Shown here in pieces: positions 1-8,431 of a stretch of DNA of 32,000 nucleotides. The notes under the pieces were generated by a model that saw nothing but the letters and a program-made list of their open reading frames with translations, made no database searches and was not told the origin of the DNA. This stretch comes from Geobacter metallireducens GS-15 (lineage in GTDB: Bacteria; Desulfobacterota; Desulfuromonadia; Geobacterales; Geobacteraceae), in contig NC_007517.1 in NCBI RefSeq assembly GCF_000012925.1, positions 780,001 to 812,000 on the forward strand. Reading direction: 5' to 3'. Every line of letters starts with the position of its first letter. Positions within the stretch are counted from its first letter, which is position 1. The position numbers and the translations under genes are program-made.

Positions 1-502
1 CGTGGCGGTCTTCCAGGTATTTGATGAACCGGATATGCCGGTTGATGAAGGTGAGGTTGTAGCGGCTCTCGTAGAGGAGCAGCGCGCTGGCGGCGAAGAG
101 GAAGAGTCCTCCTGCCAGGGCCAGGGCCGTGGGAATCCAACTGGTGGCAAAGCTGCCGTAGGCCACGTTGAAGGCGATGGCGAGGCTCGCGGCAATGAAA
201 AACGCGGTGGCCGTGTAGAGGGCCGACAGGGCCTTCTGCATGAGACCGGCCCGGACGTGCTGGATCTCCACCTGGGTGCGGATTACGGCGAGCCGCTCCT
301 CGGCATGGGAGAGTTTCCCTGCCAGTACCGCCTCCAGCTCGCTCTTCAGGCTGTTCACCCGGTCGAAGATCCGCCCCAGCCGGTTGGAGGTGGAGAAGAT
401 GAGGGTGCCGGCGGCGGAGATGAGTACCGCCGGCGTGATCATGGAGGTGAGAATCTTGGTGCTGGCGAGGGCTTCGAGTAGTTCCTTGTCCTGAAGTGCC
501 AT
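1..502 (-). CDS. DUF2721-like membrane protein; its C-terminal part runs off the left edge
   Basis: Not in the ORF track because there is no stop in the window. The reverse complement from ATG at 502-500 reads MALQDKELLEALASTKILTSMITPAVLISAAGTLIFSTSNRLGRIFDRVNSLKSELE...LFLFAASALLLYESRYNLTFINRHIRFIKYLEDRH with no stop down to position 2. Hydrophobic helices flank an amphipathic linker as in DUF2721. It starts 5 nt after the aguB stop. Confidence 0.6.
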   Translation of the reverse strand, partial: MALQDKELLEALASTKILTSMITPAVLISAAGTLIFSTSNRLGRIFDRVNSLKSELEAVLAGKLSHAEERLAVIRTQVEIQHVRAGLMQKALSALYTATAFFIAASLAIAFNVAYGSFATSWIPTALALAGGLFLFAASALLLYESRYNLTFINRHIRFIKYLEDRH

Positions 503-507
503 GGCGG

Positions 508-1392
508 TCAGTCCCGGTACCGCTTCAGCAGATCTTGATAGGCGTCGATTCGCCGGTCCCGCAGGAACGGCCAGATGCGGCGCACCGCCTCGCTGCGGTC
601 AAGATCAAGCTCGACAGAGAGGAGTTCCTCCCGGTCGTTGGAGGCCTGGGTGAGGATTTCACCCTGGGGGCCGGCCACGAAGCTGGAACCCCAGAAGAGG
701 CTCCCCGGCAGCACGCCGGAAGGGTCGGGTTCGAGCCCCACACGGTTCACGCTCACCACCGGTATGCCGTTGGCCACGGCGTGCCCCCTCTGGATGGTAA
801 TCCAGGCCTCTTTCTGGCGTACCTTCTCCTCGTCCTCGTCCCTCGGGTCCCAGCCGATGGCCGTGGGGTAGATGAGGAGGTCGGCTCCGGCAAGGGCCAT
901 GAGGCGGGCCGCTTCGGGATACCACTGGTCCCAGCAGACGAGGACGCCGAGTTTTCCCACCGAGGTGCGTATGGGCTCAAAACCCAGGTCGCCGGGAGTG
1001 AAGTAGAACTTCTCGTAGTAGCCGGGATCGTCGGGGATGTGCATCTTACGGTATTTCCCGGCGATGGAGCCGTCTTTCTCGAAGACCACGGCGGTGTTGT
1101 GGTAAATCCCCGACGCCCGTTTCTCGAAGAGGGAAGAGACAAGCACCACGCCGAACTCCCTGGCAACGCCCCCCAGTAGTTCGGTGGTGGGGCCAGGGAT
1201 CTCCTCGGCCAGGTCGAAGTGGCCGGTGTCCTCGTTCTGGCAGAAGTAGGGGCCGCAGTGGAGCTCCTGCAGCACCACGAGTTTAGCGCCCAGGGCGCTA
1301 GCCTTGCGGATGTTCTCGATGCTTTTAGCCAGATTCAGGTCTTTATCGCTGGTGCAGCTCTGCTGCACGAGGCCGACGGTAAGCTTTGACAT
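508..1392 (-). CDS. aguB: N-carbamoylputrescine amidase (nitrilase/CN-hydrolase superfamily)
   Basis: MSKLTVGLVQQSC...VVLQELH...GVLVCWDQWYPEAAR carries the Glu/Lys/Cys nitrilase-type blocks. GAGAGG lies 7 nt upstream of ATG 1392. An alternative ATG at 1398 overlaps the aguA stop (ATGA). Confidence 0.85.
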   Translation of the reverse strand: MSKLTVGLVQQSCTSDKDLNLAKSIENIRKASALGAKLVVLQELHCGPYFCQNEDTGHFDLAEEIPGPTTELLGGVAREFGVVLVSSLFEKRASGIYHNTAVVFEKDGSIAGKYRKMHIPDDPGYYEKFYFTPGDLGFEPIRTSVGKLGVLVCWDQWYPEAARLMALAGADLLIYPTAIGWDPRDEDEEKVRQKEAWITIQRGHAVANGIPVVSVNRVGLEPDPSGVLPGSLFWGSSFVAGPQGEILTQASNDREELLSVELDLDRSEAVRRIWPFLRDRRIDAYQDLLKRYRD

Positions 1393-1394
1393 TT

Positions 1395-2450
1395 TCATAC
1401 CTCTCTGGTGACGTTTCGTGGTTCCGGTGCAAGGGTCCCCTTCGGCAGCTGCATGGTCACGCAGTGGAGCGAGCCATGTTGCAGGATGAGGGGGCGGCAA
1501 TCAATGCCGATGATCTCCCGACCGGGGAATGCCTGGCCGATGGCCGCCAGGGCGGCATCGTCGCCTGGATCGCCGTAGGTGGGAACCAGGACGGCGCCGT
1601 TTATGACGAGGTAGTTGGCGTAGGTGGCCGGAAGCCGCTCACCATCCTCGTCGTGGCAGGGGCGTGGCCAGGGGAGTGGAATCAGGCGGTAGGGGCTTCC
1701 CTCACTCGTTCGCATCGCTTTCAACTCTTTCTCCATGAGGAAGAGGGCCGGATAATGCTCGTCGGCGGCGTCGTCGCACCGGACGTAGACGATAGTGTCG
1801 TCGGGGGCGAGCCGTGCCAGGGTATCGATGTGGGAGTCGGTGTCGTCGCCAGCCAGCCAGCCGTTTTCCAGCCAGAGGATACGATCTGCGCCGAACTGCT
1901 CCTTCAGACTGATCTCGATCTGCTCCTGCGACAGGTGGGGGTTGCGGTTGGGGTTCAGGAGGCACTCGGCGGTGGTTAGGATCGTCCCATTACCGTCGCT
2001 CTCGATGCTTCCGCCTTCCAGGATGAGGCCTACGGTTTCCAGCGCGGCATTTCCGAAAGCGCCGGTCCGGTGAAGACGGCCGGTAATGAGGTTGTCGCGG
2101 TCTGCGGCGAACTTCAACCCCCAGCCGTTGAATCCGAAGTCAAGGAGCACGGGATTGCCATCACGCTCCACGGTGAGCGGGCCGAAATCCCTTGCCCAGG
2201 TGTCATTTGTGGGAATTTCCACTATTCGCACCCGCTCCATCGATGCTCCTGCTGCGGAGAGAATGGCGGAAGTCCGTTCCCCTTCGGCAGCGACAAGGAG
2301 TACGGCTTCGAAGTGGGCGATTTCTTTGACTATCTGGGCAAAGACCAGTTCCACCATGGGAAGCCAGGGGAGCCAGTCGCTTTCCGCGTGGGGCCAGGCG
2401 AGGAGGACGCCGTCCTGCTCTTCCCATTCGGCCGGGAGGCGTGTGATCAT
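1395..2450 (-). CDS. aguA: Agmatine deiminase (peptidyl-arginine deiminase-like)
   Basis: MITRLPAEWEEQDGVLLAWPH...TWARDFGP...GGSIESDGNGTILTTAECLLNPNRNP...HIDTLARL...GSLHCVTMQLP are typical agmatine deiminase blocks with a C-terminal catalytic Cys. AAGGA RBS is present. Forms an operon with aguB. Confidence 0.9.
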   Translation of the reverse strand: MITRLPAEWEEQDGVLLAWPHAESDWLPWLPMVELVFAQIVKEIAHFEAVLLVAAEGERTSAILSAAGASMERVRIVEIPTNDTWARDFGPLTVERDGNPVLLDFGFNGWGLKFAADRDNLITGRLHRTGAFGNAALETVGLILEGGSIESDGNGTILTTAECLLNPNRNPHLSQEQIEISLKEQFGADRILWLENGWLAGDDTDSHIDTLARLAPDDTIVYVRCDDAADEHYPALFLMEKELKAMRTSEGSPYRLIPLPWPRPCHDEDGERLPATYANYLVINGAVLVPTYGDPGDDAALAAIGQAFPGREIIGIDCRPLILQHGSLHCVTMQLPKGTLAPEPRNVTREV

Positions 2451-2616
2451 GTTTCATTCCTTTGGGGCTGTTGCCGGTAAAGACAAGAAATACTATAAAA
2501 AGTGGGGTGAATATACAATGGATGATTTCATGTGCCCAATGGTTCATGGGGTTGTTCGCTGAGACATCTTGTATATTAGTAGAACCGGTGTTTTGCAATT
2601 TTTTTCCATTTAACGC

Positions 2617-2643
2617 TCAAGGTGCGGAGATCCTGTCCGATAA
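2617..2643 (+). promoter_or_regulatory. Sigma-28 (FliA)-like promoter upstream of the MCP gene
   Basis: TCAA-N15-TCCGATAA versus consensus TAAA-N15-GCCGATAA, about 80 nt upstream of ATG 2722. MCP genes are commonly FliA-dependent. Confidence 0.4.
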
Positions 2644-2721
2644 GGAACGGAGTGGAGAGGATTGAATGTGAGTTAAAGCTCTTCTCATCTCTACAATATC
2701 ACTGCTGAAAGGGGTTCCTGT

Positions 2722-4374
2722 ATGAGTTTCTGGAACAATCTCAAAGTAAAGGCGAAGCTGCTGATCATGGTGTGCGGAGTGTGCCTCTCGCTCATAGTGG
2801 TCGGGGGATTCGGTCTTGTCAATATGCGAGGCTTGTCCAAGCATATGGGGAATATCAGCTCCGGTATTGAGCATATTGCCCAAGTTTCTGAAATGAAAAG
2901 TGATTTCCTGCAGATGCGGCTCGCATTGGTGTATATGCTGGCACTGACGGATGCCGACAAGATTGAGCAGAAGGAAGGCGAGTTCAAGAAAAGCGCGGCC
3001 TCGATCAAAGAGTCCCTTGACCAGTTTCTGAAATCCGGCATAACCGATGCGGAGAAGGCTCAGATTGCGGAATTCAAGAATGGGTACGATGCCTATGTGG
3101 CGGGTGGGGCCAAACTCGCAGAGATGGCGCGTTCGGCCGCTGCATCCGGAGACGCCGCTTCCCGCGCCGAAGCCGTGGCGTTTGCAACCGGGAGTGTTGC
3201 CCCGCTTTACGACAATCCGGCAAAAATCATCGCTTCCCTTGTGGACGCCAATGTCAAGGATAGCAAAGCGATGTATGCGGAAGATATGGCGTCCTATCGG
3301 CGTGCCCTTGTGGAGATGTCGGTGGTCATGATTGTCTCCATTCTCCTGGCGCTTGCCGGTGGGGGGGCCATTGCCGCCTCCATCAGCCGCCCCCTCAATA
3401 CGGTGCTCGCCATCTTGAGCCGGGTGGCATCCGGAGACCTTACCGCCCGCTCCGAAGTTGATACCGGCGATGAAATGGGAATTCTTTCCCGCCAAGTGAA
3501 CACAACGGCGGAGAAAATGAACGAGATTATCGGACATGTTACCCAGAATGCTTCCCAGGTGACTGCTGCCGCAACGCAACTCCACGCCACTGCCATCCAG
3601 ATGTCCACCGGTGCTGAGGAAGTTGCCCAGCAAGCCGCAACTGTGGCCACTGCCAGTGAGGAAATGGCCGCCACATCGGCGGAAATCGCCCAGAACTGCA
3701 CCATGGCCGCCGAGAGCTCCCGCCACGCCAACGCGCGGGCGGAAACAGGTTCGTCGGTGGTGCAGGAGACCCTTACGGTCATGAACCGGATTGCCGACCG
3801 GGTCCGCTCATCGTCCCAGGCCGTGGGGAGCCTCGGAGCGCGGAGCGACCAGATCGGAGAAATCGTCGGCACCATCGAGGATATTGCCGACCAGACAAAC
3901 CTGCTTGCCTTGAACGCCGCCATTGAAGCGGCTCGGGCCGGCGAGCAGGGCCGCGGTTTCGCCGTGGTCGCCGACGAGGTGCGGGCGCTGGCCGAGCGGA
4001 CCACCAAAGCCACCAAGGAAATCGCCCAGATGATCAAGGCCATCCAGGGAGAAACCAAAGGGGCGGTAACATCCATGGAGGAAGGGGTGAAGGAGGTGGA
4101 GAAGGGGACCACCGACGCTTCCTTGTCAGGTGAGGCACTCCAGGCGATCCTCGAGCAGATCGGCGGCGTTACCATGCAGGTGAGCCAGATTGCCACGGCC
4201 AGCGAACAGCAGACCGCCACCACTTGCGAAATCAGCGAGAATATCCGGCAGATTACCGATGTTGTCGGGCACACTGCCCGGGGAGCAGAGGAGTCGGCCC
4301 AGGCCGCGGAGCAGCTTGCCAGGCTGGCCGAGGACCTCCAGGTTCTGGTGGGGCAGTTCACGTTGGCTGCCTGA
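2722..4374 (+). CDS. Methyl-accepting chemotaxis protein (N-terminal helical sensor, TM2, HAMP, MA signalling domain)
   Basis: Contains two TM segments, a HAMP region ([22 protein letters not shown]) and the highly conserved hairpin tip [48 protein letters not shown]. Confidence 0.92.
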   Translation: MSFWNNLKVKAKLLIMVCGVCLSLIVVGGFGLVNMRGLSKHMGNISSGIEHIAQVSEMKSDFLQMRLALVYMLALTDADKIEQKEGEFKKSAASIKESLDQFLKSGITDAEKAQIAEFKNGYDAYVAGGAKLAEMARSAAASGDAASRAEAVAFATGSVAPLYDNPAKIIASLVDANVKDSKAMYAEDMASYRRALVEMSVVMIVSILLALAGGGAIAASISRPLNTVLAILSRVASGDLTARSEVDTGDEMGILSRQVNTTAEKMNEIIGHVTQNASQVTAAATQLHATAIQMSTGAEEVAQQAATVATASEEMAATSAEIAQNCTMAAESSRHANARAETGSSVVQETLTVMNRIADRVRSSSQAVGSLGARSDQIGEIVGTIEDIADQTNLLALNAAIEAARAGEQGRGFAVVADEVRALAERTTKATKEIAQMIKAIQGETKGAVTSMEEGVKEVEKGTTDASLSGEALQAILEQIGGVTMQVSQIATASEQQTATTCEISENIRQITDVVGHTARGAEESAQAAEQLARLAEDLQVLVGQFTLAA

Positions 4375-4437
4375 AGACCCGTTGTTCCGGCCTGAGGGAG
4401 CTGCCCCGTCGTCGGCACAGTGTTAAGGCCCTATCAA

Positions 4438-4472
4438 GAAAAGCCCGCGAATCATCTCGCGGGCTTTTCTTT
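4438..4472. terminator. Bidirectional intrinsic terminator between convergent MCP and kinase genes
   Basis: AAAAGCCCGCGA-atcatc-TCGCGGGCTTTTCTTT: a 9-bp GC stem flanked by an A-run and a T-run. Confidence 0.8.
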
Positions 4473-4492
4473 GACTGGACAAGGGCGGTAAA

Positions 4493-6412
4493 TCAGAGAG
4501 TGAAGTAGAAAGTGGCCCCTTTTCCCTTCTCTCCTTCCGCCCAGATCCGTCCGTTGTGGCGCTGGACAATTCGGGCCACCGTGGCAAGGCCGATCCCTTC
4601 CCCCTTGAAGGATGCTTCCGTGTTGAGGCGCTGGAAGGGCAAGAAGAGGCGGTGGGCGTCGGCCATGTTGAAACCGACGCCGTTGTCGCGCACGAAAAAT
4701 ACCGGTTTGCCGTCCTGCAGAATCGTACCGAATTCGATGTGGGCCGCTTCCTGTGTGCCGGTGTACTTCCAGGCGTTGCCGAAGAGATTGTCGAGGATGA
4801 TTTTCATCAGCCGTGGGTCGCCGTGGGTTGTCAGGTTGCCGGCAATGGCGAATGACACCTGCCGTTGGGGATGCCGTGCCTGAAGCTCCCCGGCCACCTC
4901 CTTCGCCAATGCGCTCAGGTCGACCGTCTCGGGGGAGATCTCGCCCCGGGAGATGTGGGCGAATCTGAGCAGCGTGTCGATGAGCCGGTTCATGCGGAGC
5001 GTCTCCCGGTGGATGATATCGACGAGTCTCCCGCATTGCGGGTCCAACTCCTGGCCGAACAGCTCCTGAATGACCTGGGCGGCGCCGTTGATGTTGGTGA
5101 GGGGGCTCCTCAGGTCGTGGGACACCGTGTAGCTGAAGGCCTCCAACTCTTTGTTGGCAGCTTCCAGTTCCTGGTTGACCGCTTCCAGCTGTTCCACCGT
5201 CACTTCCAGTTCGCCGTTGGTGTCCTCCAGCATTTGGGCCCGTTGTGTCAATTCGGCGTTGAGGAGTTTCACCTCGCGTTCGGCCCGCCTCCGTGCGGTA
5301 ACGTCCCGCACGATCCCCAGGAGGCACTTTCTGTTGTCAAGCTCGATCCCCACCGCCGAATAGAGTCCTTCGATGGTTCCTCCTTGTTTTTTGCGGAGGG
5401 TGACGTCCCGATTGAGTACCTTCTCCCCCCTCTCCAAGGTCCCCATGATCTCGTCCCGTTGTTCCTGATCGACCCAGATGCCCATTTCCCGGGAAGCGCG
5501 GCCAAGCACCTCCTCGCGCCGCCACCCCAGCGTATTCTCGAAGGCCTCGTTCACCTCCAGGTACCTCCCCTCGGCAAGAGAGGTAATAACCATGATGGTC
5601 GGGGCGGTATGGAACGCCTTGGCGAATTTTTCCTCGCTCTCCTTCAACTCCCGGAACAGGAGGTCATAGGGGCGCGTCAGGCTGGTCTCCACCGTCCCCT
5701 TGTAGATCAGGAAAACCGCCGCAACCTTGAGGAGATGTCCCACCAGGTTGCTGAGGCCATAGACGTCCTCGTAAATGGTGAAGGCCAGTTCGGCCATGGC
5801 CATGAGCACGATGGCGGCGGAGAGAATGTTCACGATGCGCCGGTCAAAGAACTCCCGCTTCCTTCTCAGGAAGGCAAGGGCGGCCAGAAATATTACCGAA
5901 ATGAAGTACTCGCTCCCGATCTTGAAGGGGGTGAGCCCGGTTCCTTCCGCAAAGCACGGGGGGAAGATTCCTCCGAAAATTGCGGCAATCAAGGTCGCCG
6001 TCACAGCCAGATAGGCTGCCAGCGTGGCCCCGGGACGAAATGTGCGTCCGATGAAAAGAGGGGCCATGAAAAGCGAGATGCTTTGGATGTAGCGGGCAGC
6101 GATCCAGAGCTGGGTGGGAAGGTTGGGGCCATTGCCGGGGAATACCCCCATCCCCTTGTATGCCATCGCGTGGAGGAGGTCGACCCCTCCCACGCAGATA
6201 TGGGCTATGCCGATGAACAGGAGATAGGGGCTGGTGGGGAAACGGCGGGCATTCCAGGCGATGACGAAAATTCCCCCCGACACCAGCACCGAGAACATCT
6301 CAGTCACCGTGTGGAAGAGGAGATAGTTGCCGCGACTCGCGATCCAGAGTCCGGCGAGGATTGCCGCCGCCATTGCGGCACTGGGCCACGGGACGGTTGT
6401 CTTCTCGGTCAT
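4493..6412 (-). CDS. Sensor histidine kinase: polytopic membrane sensor (MASE3-like, from memory), PAS, coiled coil, HisKA, HATPase_c
   Basis: The likely start is MTEKTTVPWP at 6412; the 67-codon upstream extension in the track has no support. The hydrophobic N-terminal ~250 aa include NYLLFHTVTEMFSVLVSGGIFVIAWN. H-box is FSYTVSHDLRSPL. N/G boxes are LFGNAWKYTG, VRDNGVGF, GEGIGLATV. No response regulator is adjacent. Confidence 0.85.
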   Translation of the reverse strand: MTEKTTVPWPSAAMAAAILAGLWIASRGNYLLFHTVTEMFSVLVSGGIFVIAWNARRFPTSPYLLFIGIAHICVGGVDLLHAMAYKGMGVFPGNGPNLPTQLWIAARYIQSISLFMAPLFIGRTFRPGATLAAYLAVTATLIAAIFGGIFPPCFAEGTGLTPFKIGSEYFISVIFLAALAFLRRKREFFDRRIVNILSAAIVLMAMAELAFTIYEDVYGLSNLVGHLLKVAAVFLIYKGTVETSLTRPYDLLFRELKESEEKFAKAFHTAPTIMVITSLAEGRYLEVNEAFENTLGWRREEVLGRASREMGIWVDQEQRDEIMGTLERGEKVLNRDVTLRKKQGGTIEGLYSAVGIELDNRKCLLGIVRDVTARRRAEREVKLLNAELTQRAQMLEDTNGELEVTVEQLEAVNQELEAANKELEAFSYTVSHDLRSPLTNINGAAQVIQELFGQELDPQCGRLVDIIHRETLRMNRLIDTLLRFAHISRGEISPETVDLSALAKEVAGELQARHPQRQVSFAIAGNLTTHGDPRLMKIILDNLFGNAWKYTGTQEAAHIEFGTILQDGKPVFFVRDNGVGFNMADAHRLFLPFQRLNTEASFKGEGIGLATVARIVQRHNGRIWAEGEKGKGATFYFTL

Positions 6413-6611
6413 AAGATGGATTCCGTCGTTGTTTATTGAAACGGTGGCGTCGCTGTTCGGAAAGAAACCGCTAATCCGGCTAGAGTATACAGATATGCCG
6501 CTGTCGGGCGCAACAGGGATTTTTTCACGCCGGGCCGGTGAAATGGTTATCGGTTGTTGCGTCGCCGCACGCCGGCAGGTATCCTTGAGCGAGTTCACCG
6601 GAGGTCTTCCC

Positions 6612-7508
6612 ATGCCCTATCCCGACACGGCCAATCTCCCCTTTAACGCGACGGTCATCGCTGACGGTTTCACTCCCGAACCTCCCGATTCGGGGGGAGG
6701 TGCCGGGCCGGGCGTCTGGGCCGTTCTCCGCGGAAACTCACTTGTGGTGGAAGAGCGGAGGGGAACCCTCGCGCTTCCCGAGGGTGAGCGGCCGCAATGG
6801 CTTTCCGCCGGGCGGGAGACAATCACTATCGGCCGCTGGCACGGTCGTCCCCTCAGGGTCGCCCGGATGTCGGCGCAGGACCCGCTTCCCTCCCCGTTCG
6901 TGGCCGAACCCTTCAACGCAACGGGTGAGCGTCTTGATGACGCGACTCTCACCATCGGCGGCATGGCCCAGCAGATCCTCCATTGGGAACGCGACAGCCG
7001 CTTCTGCGCCCGCTGCGGCGCTCCCCAGGAGCGCTTGCCGGGCACCTGGGGCAAGCGCTGCCCTCCATGCGGCGTCGAGCATTTTCCCCACATCCACCCC
7101 TGCGCCATCGTCCTCGTGAAGCGGGGGGACGAGTTCCTCCTCACACGCAAGCCCGACTGGGCTCCGGGGCGCTACGGGCTCGTGGCGGGATTTCTCGATT
7201 TCGGCGAATCCCTGGAGGAGTGCGCCCGTCGCGAGGTGCGGGAGGAAACCGGGCTGGAGATCGGCGCCATCCGCTACGTGGGGAGCCAGTGCTGGCCCTT
7301 TCCGAGCCAGCTCATGGCGGGGTTCGTGGCCGAGTACGCCGGGGGCGAGATATGCGTCGACCATGCCGAGTTGGAGGATGCCCGCTGGTTCAGCCCTGAC
7401 GCCATGCCGGAGTCGATCCCCCCCCGGCGGAGCATCGCCCGGTGGATCATCGATCGCTTCGCGATCGGGGACCGGGGACCGGGGACCAGGGGCCGGGAAA
7501 ACCCATAA
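6612..7508 (+). CDS. nudC: NADH pyrophosphatase (NUDIX hydrolase with zinc ribbon)
   Basis: Zinc ribbon is CARCGAPQ...CPPCG. Nudix box is GFLDFGESLEECARREVREETG, with a downstream SQPWPFP-like QCWPFPSQLM. GGAGG lies 7 nt upstream of ATG 6612. The last 13 codons read through the (GGGGACC)n repeat. Confidence 0.88.
   Translation: MPYPDTANLPFNATVIADGFTPEPPDSGGGAGPGVWAVLRGNSLVVEERRGTLALPEGERPQWLSAGRETITIGRWHGRPLRVARMSAQDPLPSPFVAEPFNATGERLDDATLTIGGMAQQILHWERDSRFCARCGAPQERLPGTWGKRCPPCGVEHFPHIHPCAIVLVKRGDEFLLTRKPDWAPGRYGLVAGFLDFGESLEECARREVREETGLEIGAIRYVGSQCWPFPSQLMAGFVAEYAGGEICVDHAELEDARWFSPDAMPESIPPRRSIARWIIDRFAIGDRGPGTRGRENP
7467..7497 (+). repeat. G-rich heptad repeat GGGG-ACC-GGGG-ACC-GGGG-ACCA-GGGG-CC-GGG followed by an A-run (G-quadruplex-type motif)
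   Basis: Read directly from the sequence. A second copy lies at 15841-15869. Confidence 0.8.
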
Positions 7509-7534
7509 TACCATTCAGATTAAGGAGGATTGCC

Positions 7535-7975
7535 GTGTCATTTTTTTCAGTTCTCTGCCGTTTGGCCGTCGCCCTCTGGGTGGGAGGCGCCGCCCTGTTC
7601 ACCTTCGTGCTCACCCCCACCATCTTCAGAACCGAAACCCGCGACGTGGCGGGACGCATCGTCGGCTACCTCTTCCCCGGCTACTTCCGCTGGGGGCTGG
7701 CCTGTGGCGCCGTGGCCCTCCTGGCGCTTCTGCTCGCGCGGGGAAAGAACTGGATGCCGGCGGCGGTCCTCCTGGTCGTGATGTTGGCAGTCACCGCGTT
7801 CCAGGCCTTCCATGTGGAGCCGAAGGCCGCTCTTATCAAACAGCAGATTCCTTCCTTCGAAACCACCCCCAAGGATCACCCCATGCGCCGGGAGTTCTCC
7901 AAACTCCACGGCATCTCCGCCGTCTGTAATCTATCGGTCATCGCCGGCGGCGTGGTGCTTATAATCTTGTTGTAA
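7535..7975 (+). CDS. DUF4149 (TMEM205-like) membrane protein
   Basis: GTG at 7535 lies 6 nt after AAGGAGG. The protein SFFSVLCRLAVALWVGGAALFTFVLTPTIF... has four hydrophobic helices and a C-terminal FSKLHGISAVCNL block. Its 3' end is duplicated at 11122-11215. Confidence 0.75.
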   Translation: MSFFSVLCRLAVALWVGGAALFTFVLTPTIFRTETRDVAGRIVGYLFPGYFRWGLACGAVALLALLLARGKNWMPAAVLLVVMLAVTAFQAFHVEPKAALIKQQIPSFETTPKDHPMRREFSKLHGISAVCNLSVIAGGVVLIILL

Positions 7976-8006
7976 CAAATTTTCAGGATATTCCTTTTTT
8001 ATGCAC

Positions 8007-8040
8007 AGCCCCCCTGGTATCTGCCGGGCGGGGCTTTTTG
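8007..8040 (+). terminator. Intrinsic terminator after the DUF4149 gene
   Basis: AGCCCC...GGGGCT stem followed by TTTTTGTTTG. Confidence 0.5.
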
Positions 8041-8071
8041 TTTGTTCGTTGATAACGAATGGTGTCTCTTG

Positions 8072-8087
8072 TGGCGCCGATTTTGCA
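8072..8087 (+). promoter_or_regulatory. Sigma-54 (RpoN) -24/-12 promoter for module copy A
   Basis: TGGCGC-cgatt-TTGCA versus consensus TGGCAC-N5-TTGCW with exact GG-N10-GC spacing, about 165 nt upstream of the lipoprotein ATG. A palindrome TTCGTTGATAACGAA (8045-8059) lies immediately upstream. Confidence 0.5.
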
Positions 8088-8256
8088 AAATAGCGCTACG
8101 TGGTGTTTTTGATTGATAATTTCGTTGAATGATTTGCGTTGTTGAGACCTTTGTTTTTCTAAGCTGTTATGAACTTGCGCCAAAAAAGTCACTATGTATG
8201 GCCATTGCCGGACACCGCCAGAAATCGAGAAACCATGGAAAAAAGGGGACACAATG

Positions 8257-8409
8257 ATGAACGGGAAATGGTTGGTGATGATCGGCATGGTTGCCATGAC
8301 CTGCGCTCTTCTCGCAGGGTGTGGTGGTGGCGGTAGCGGCAGTGGGGGAGGGGGCGGCGGAGGAGGCGGCGGCGTAACAACCGGAACAGTTACCGGGACG
8401 GCCAAGTAG
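8257..8409 (+). CDS. Mini-lipoprotein A (50 aa precursor, predicted 29-aa mature lipopeptide, Gly-rich)
   Basis: MNGKWLVMIGMVAMTCALLAG|CGGGGSGSG(G)10VTTGTVTGTAK has a classic lipobox LAG|C. It is paralogous to the 42-aa ORF at 11563. ATG 8254 is an alternative start. The longer track ORF from 8194 is unsupported. Confidence 0.65.
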   Translation: MNGKWLVMIGMVAMTCALLAGCGGGGSGSGGGGGGGGGGVTTGTVTGTAK

Positions 8410-8431
8410 GGAACAGGAAAGGATAAGGTAC

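Noticed and set aside
2-481. 159-aa plus-strand ORF at the left edge
   Set aside because: It is Gly/Glu/Arg-rich with no motifs. It is the antisense shadow of the much more protein-like minus-strand DUF2721-type frame, which starts at 502 directly after aguB.
2617-4418. Minus-strand ORFs of 369 aa and 374 aa opposite the MCP gene
   Set aside because: These are antisense shadows of a clearly recognisable MCP, with no RBS or motifs.
4865-6439. 524-aa plus-strand ORF opposite the membrane histidine kinase
   Set aside because: This is an antisense shadow. The minus-strand frame carries H, N and G boxes and a PAS domain.
8001-8020. ATGCACAG(G/C) strings here and at 11283-11300 that superficially recall the GCACAGGGCAAAC core of GEMM-I c-di-GMP/cGAMP riboswitches
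   Set aside because: Only about 8 nt match. There is no GAAA tetraloop/receptor pair and no second conserved ACGCAAAGCC-type strand. The strings sit in or next to terminator stems.
8111-8135. Possible Fur box (GATTGATAATTTCGTTGAATGATTT), which was attractive because of the TonB-like gene
   Set aside because: It matches the 19-bp GATAATGATAATCATTATC consensus at only about 9 of 19 positions and has no dyad symmetry. I kept it only as part of the shared TTGATAA/TTCGTT motif observation.
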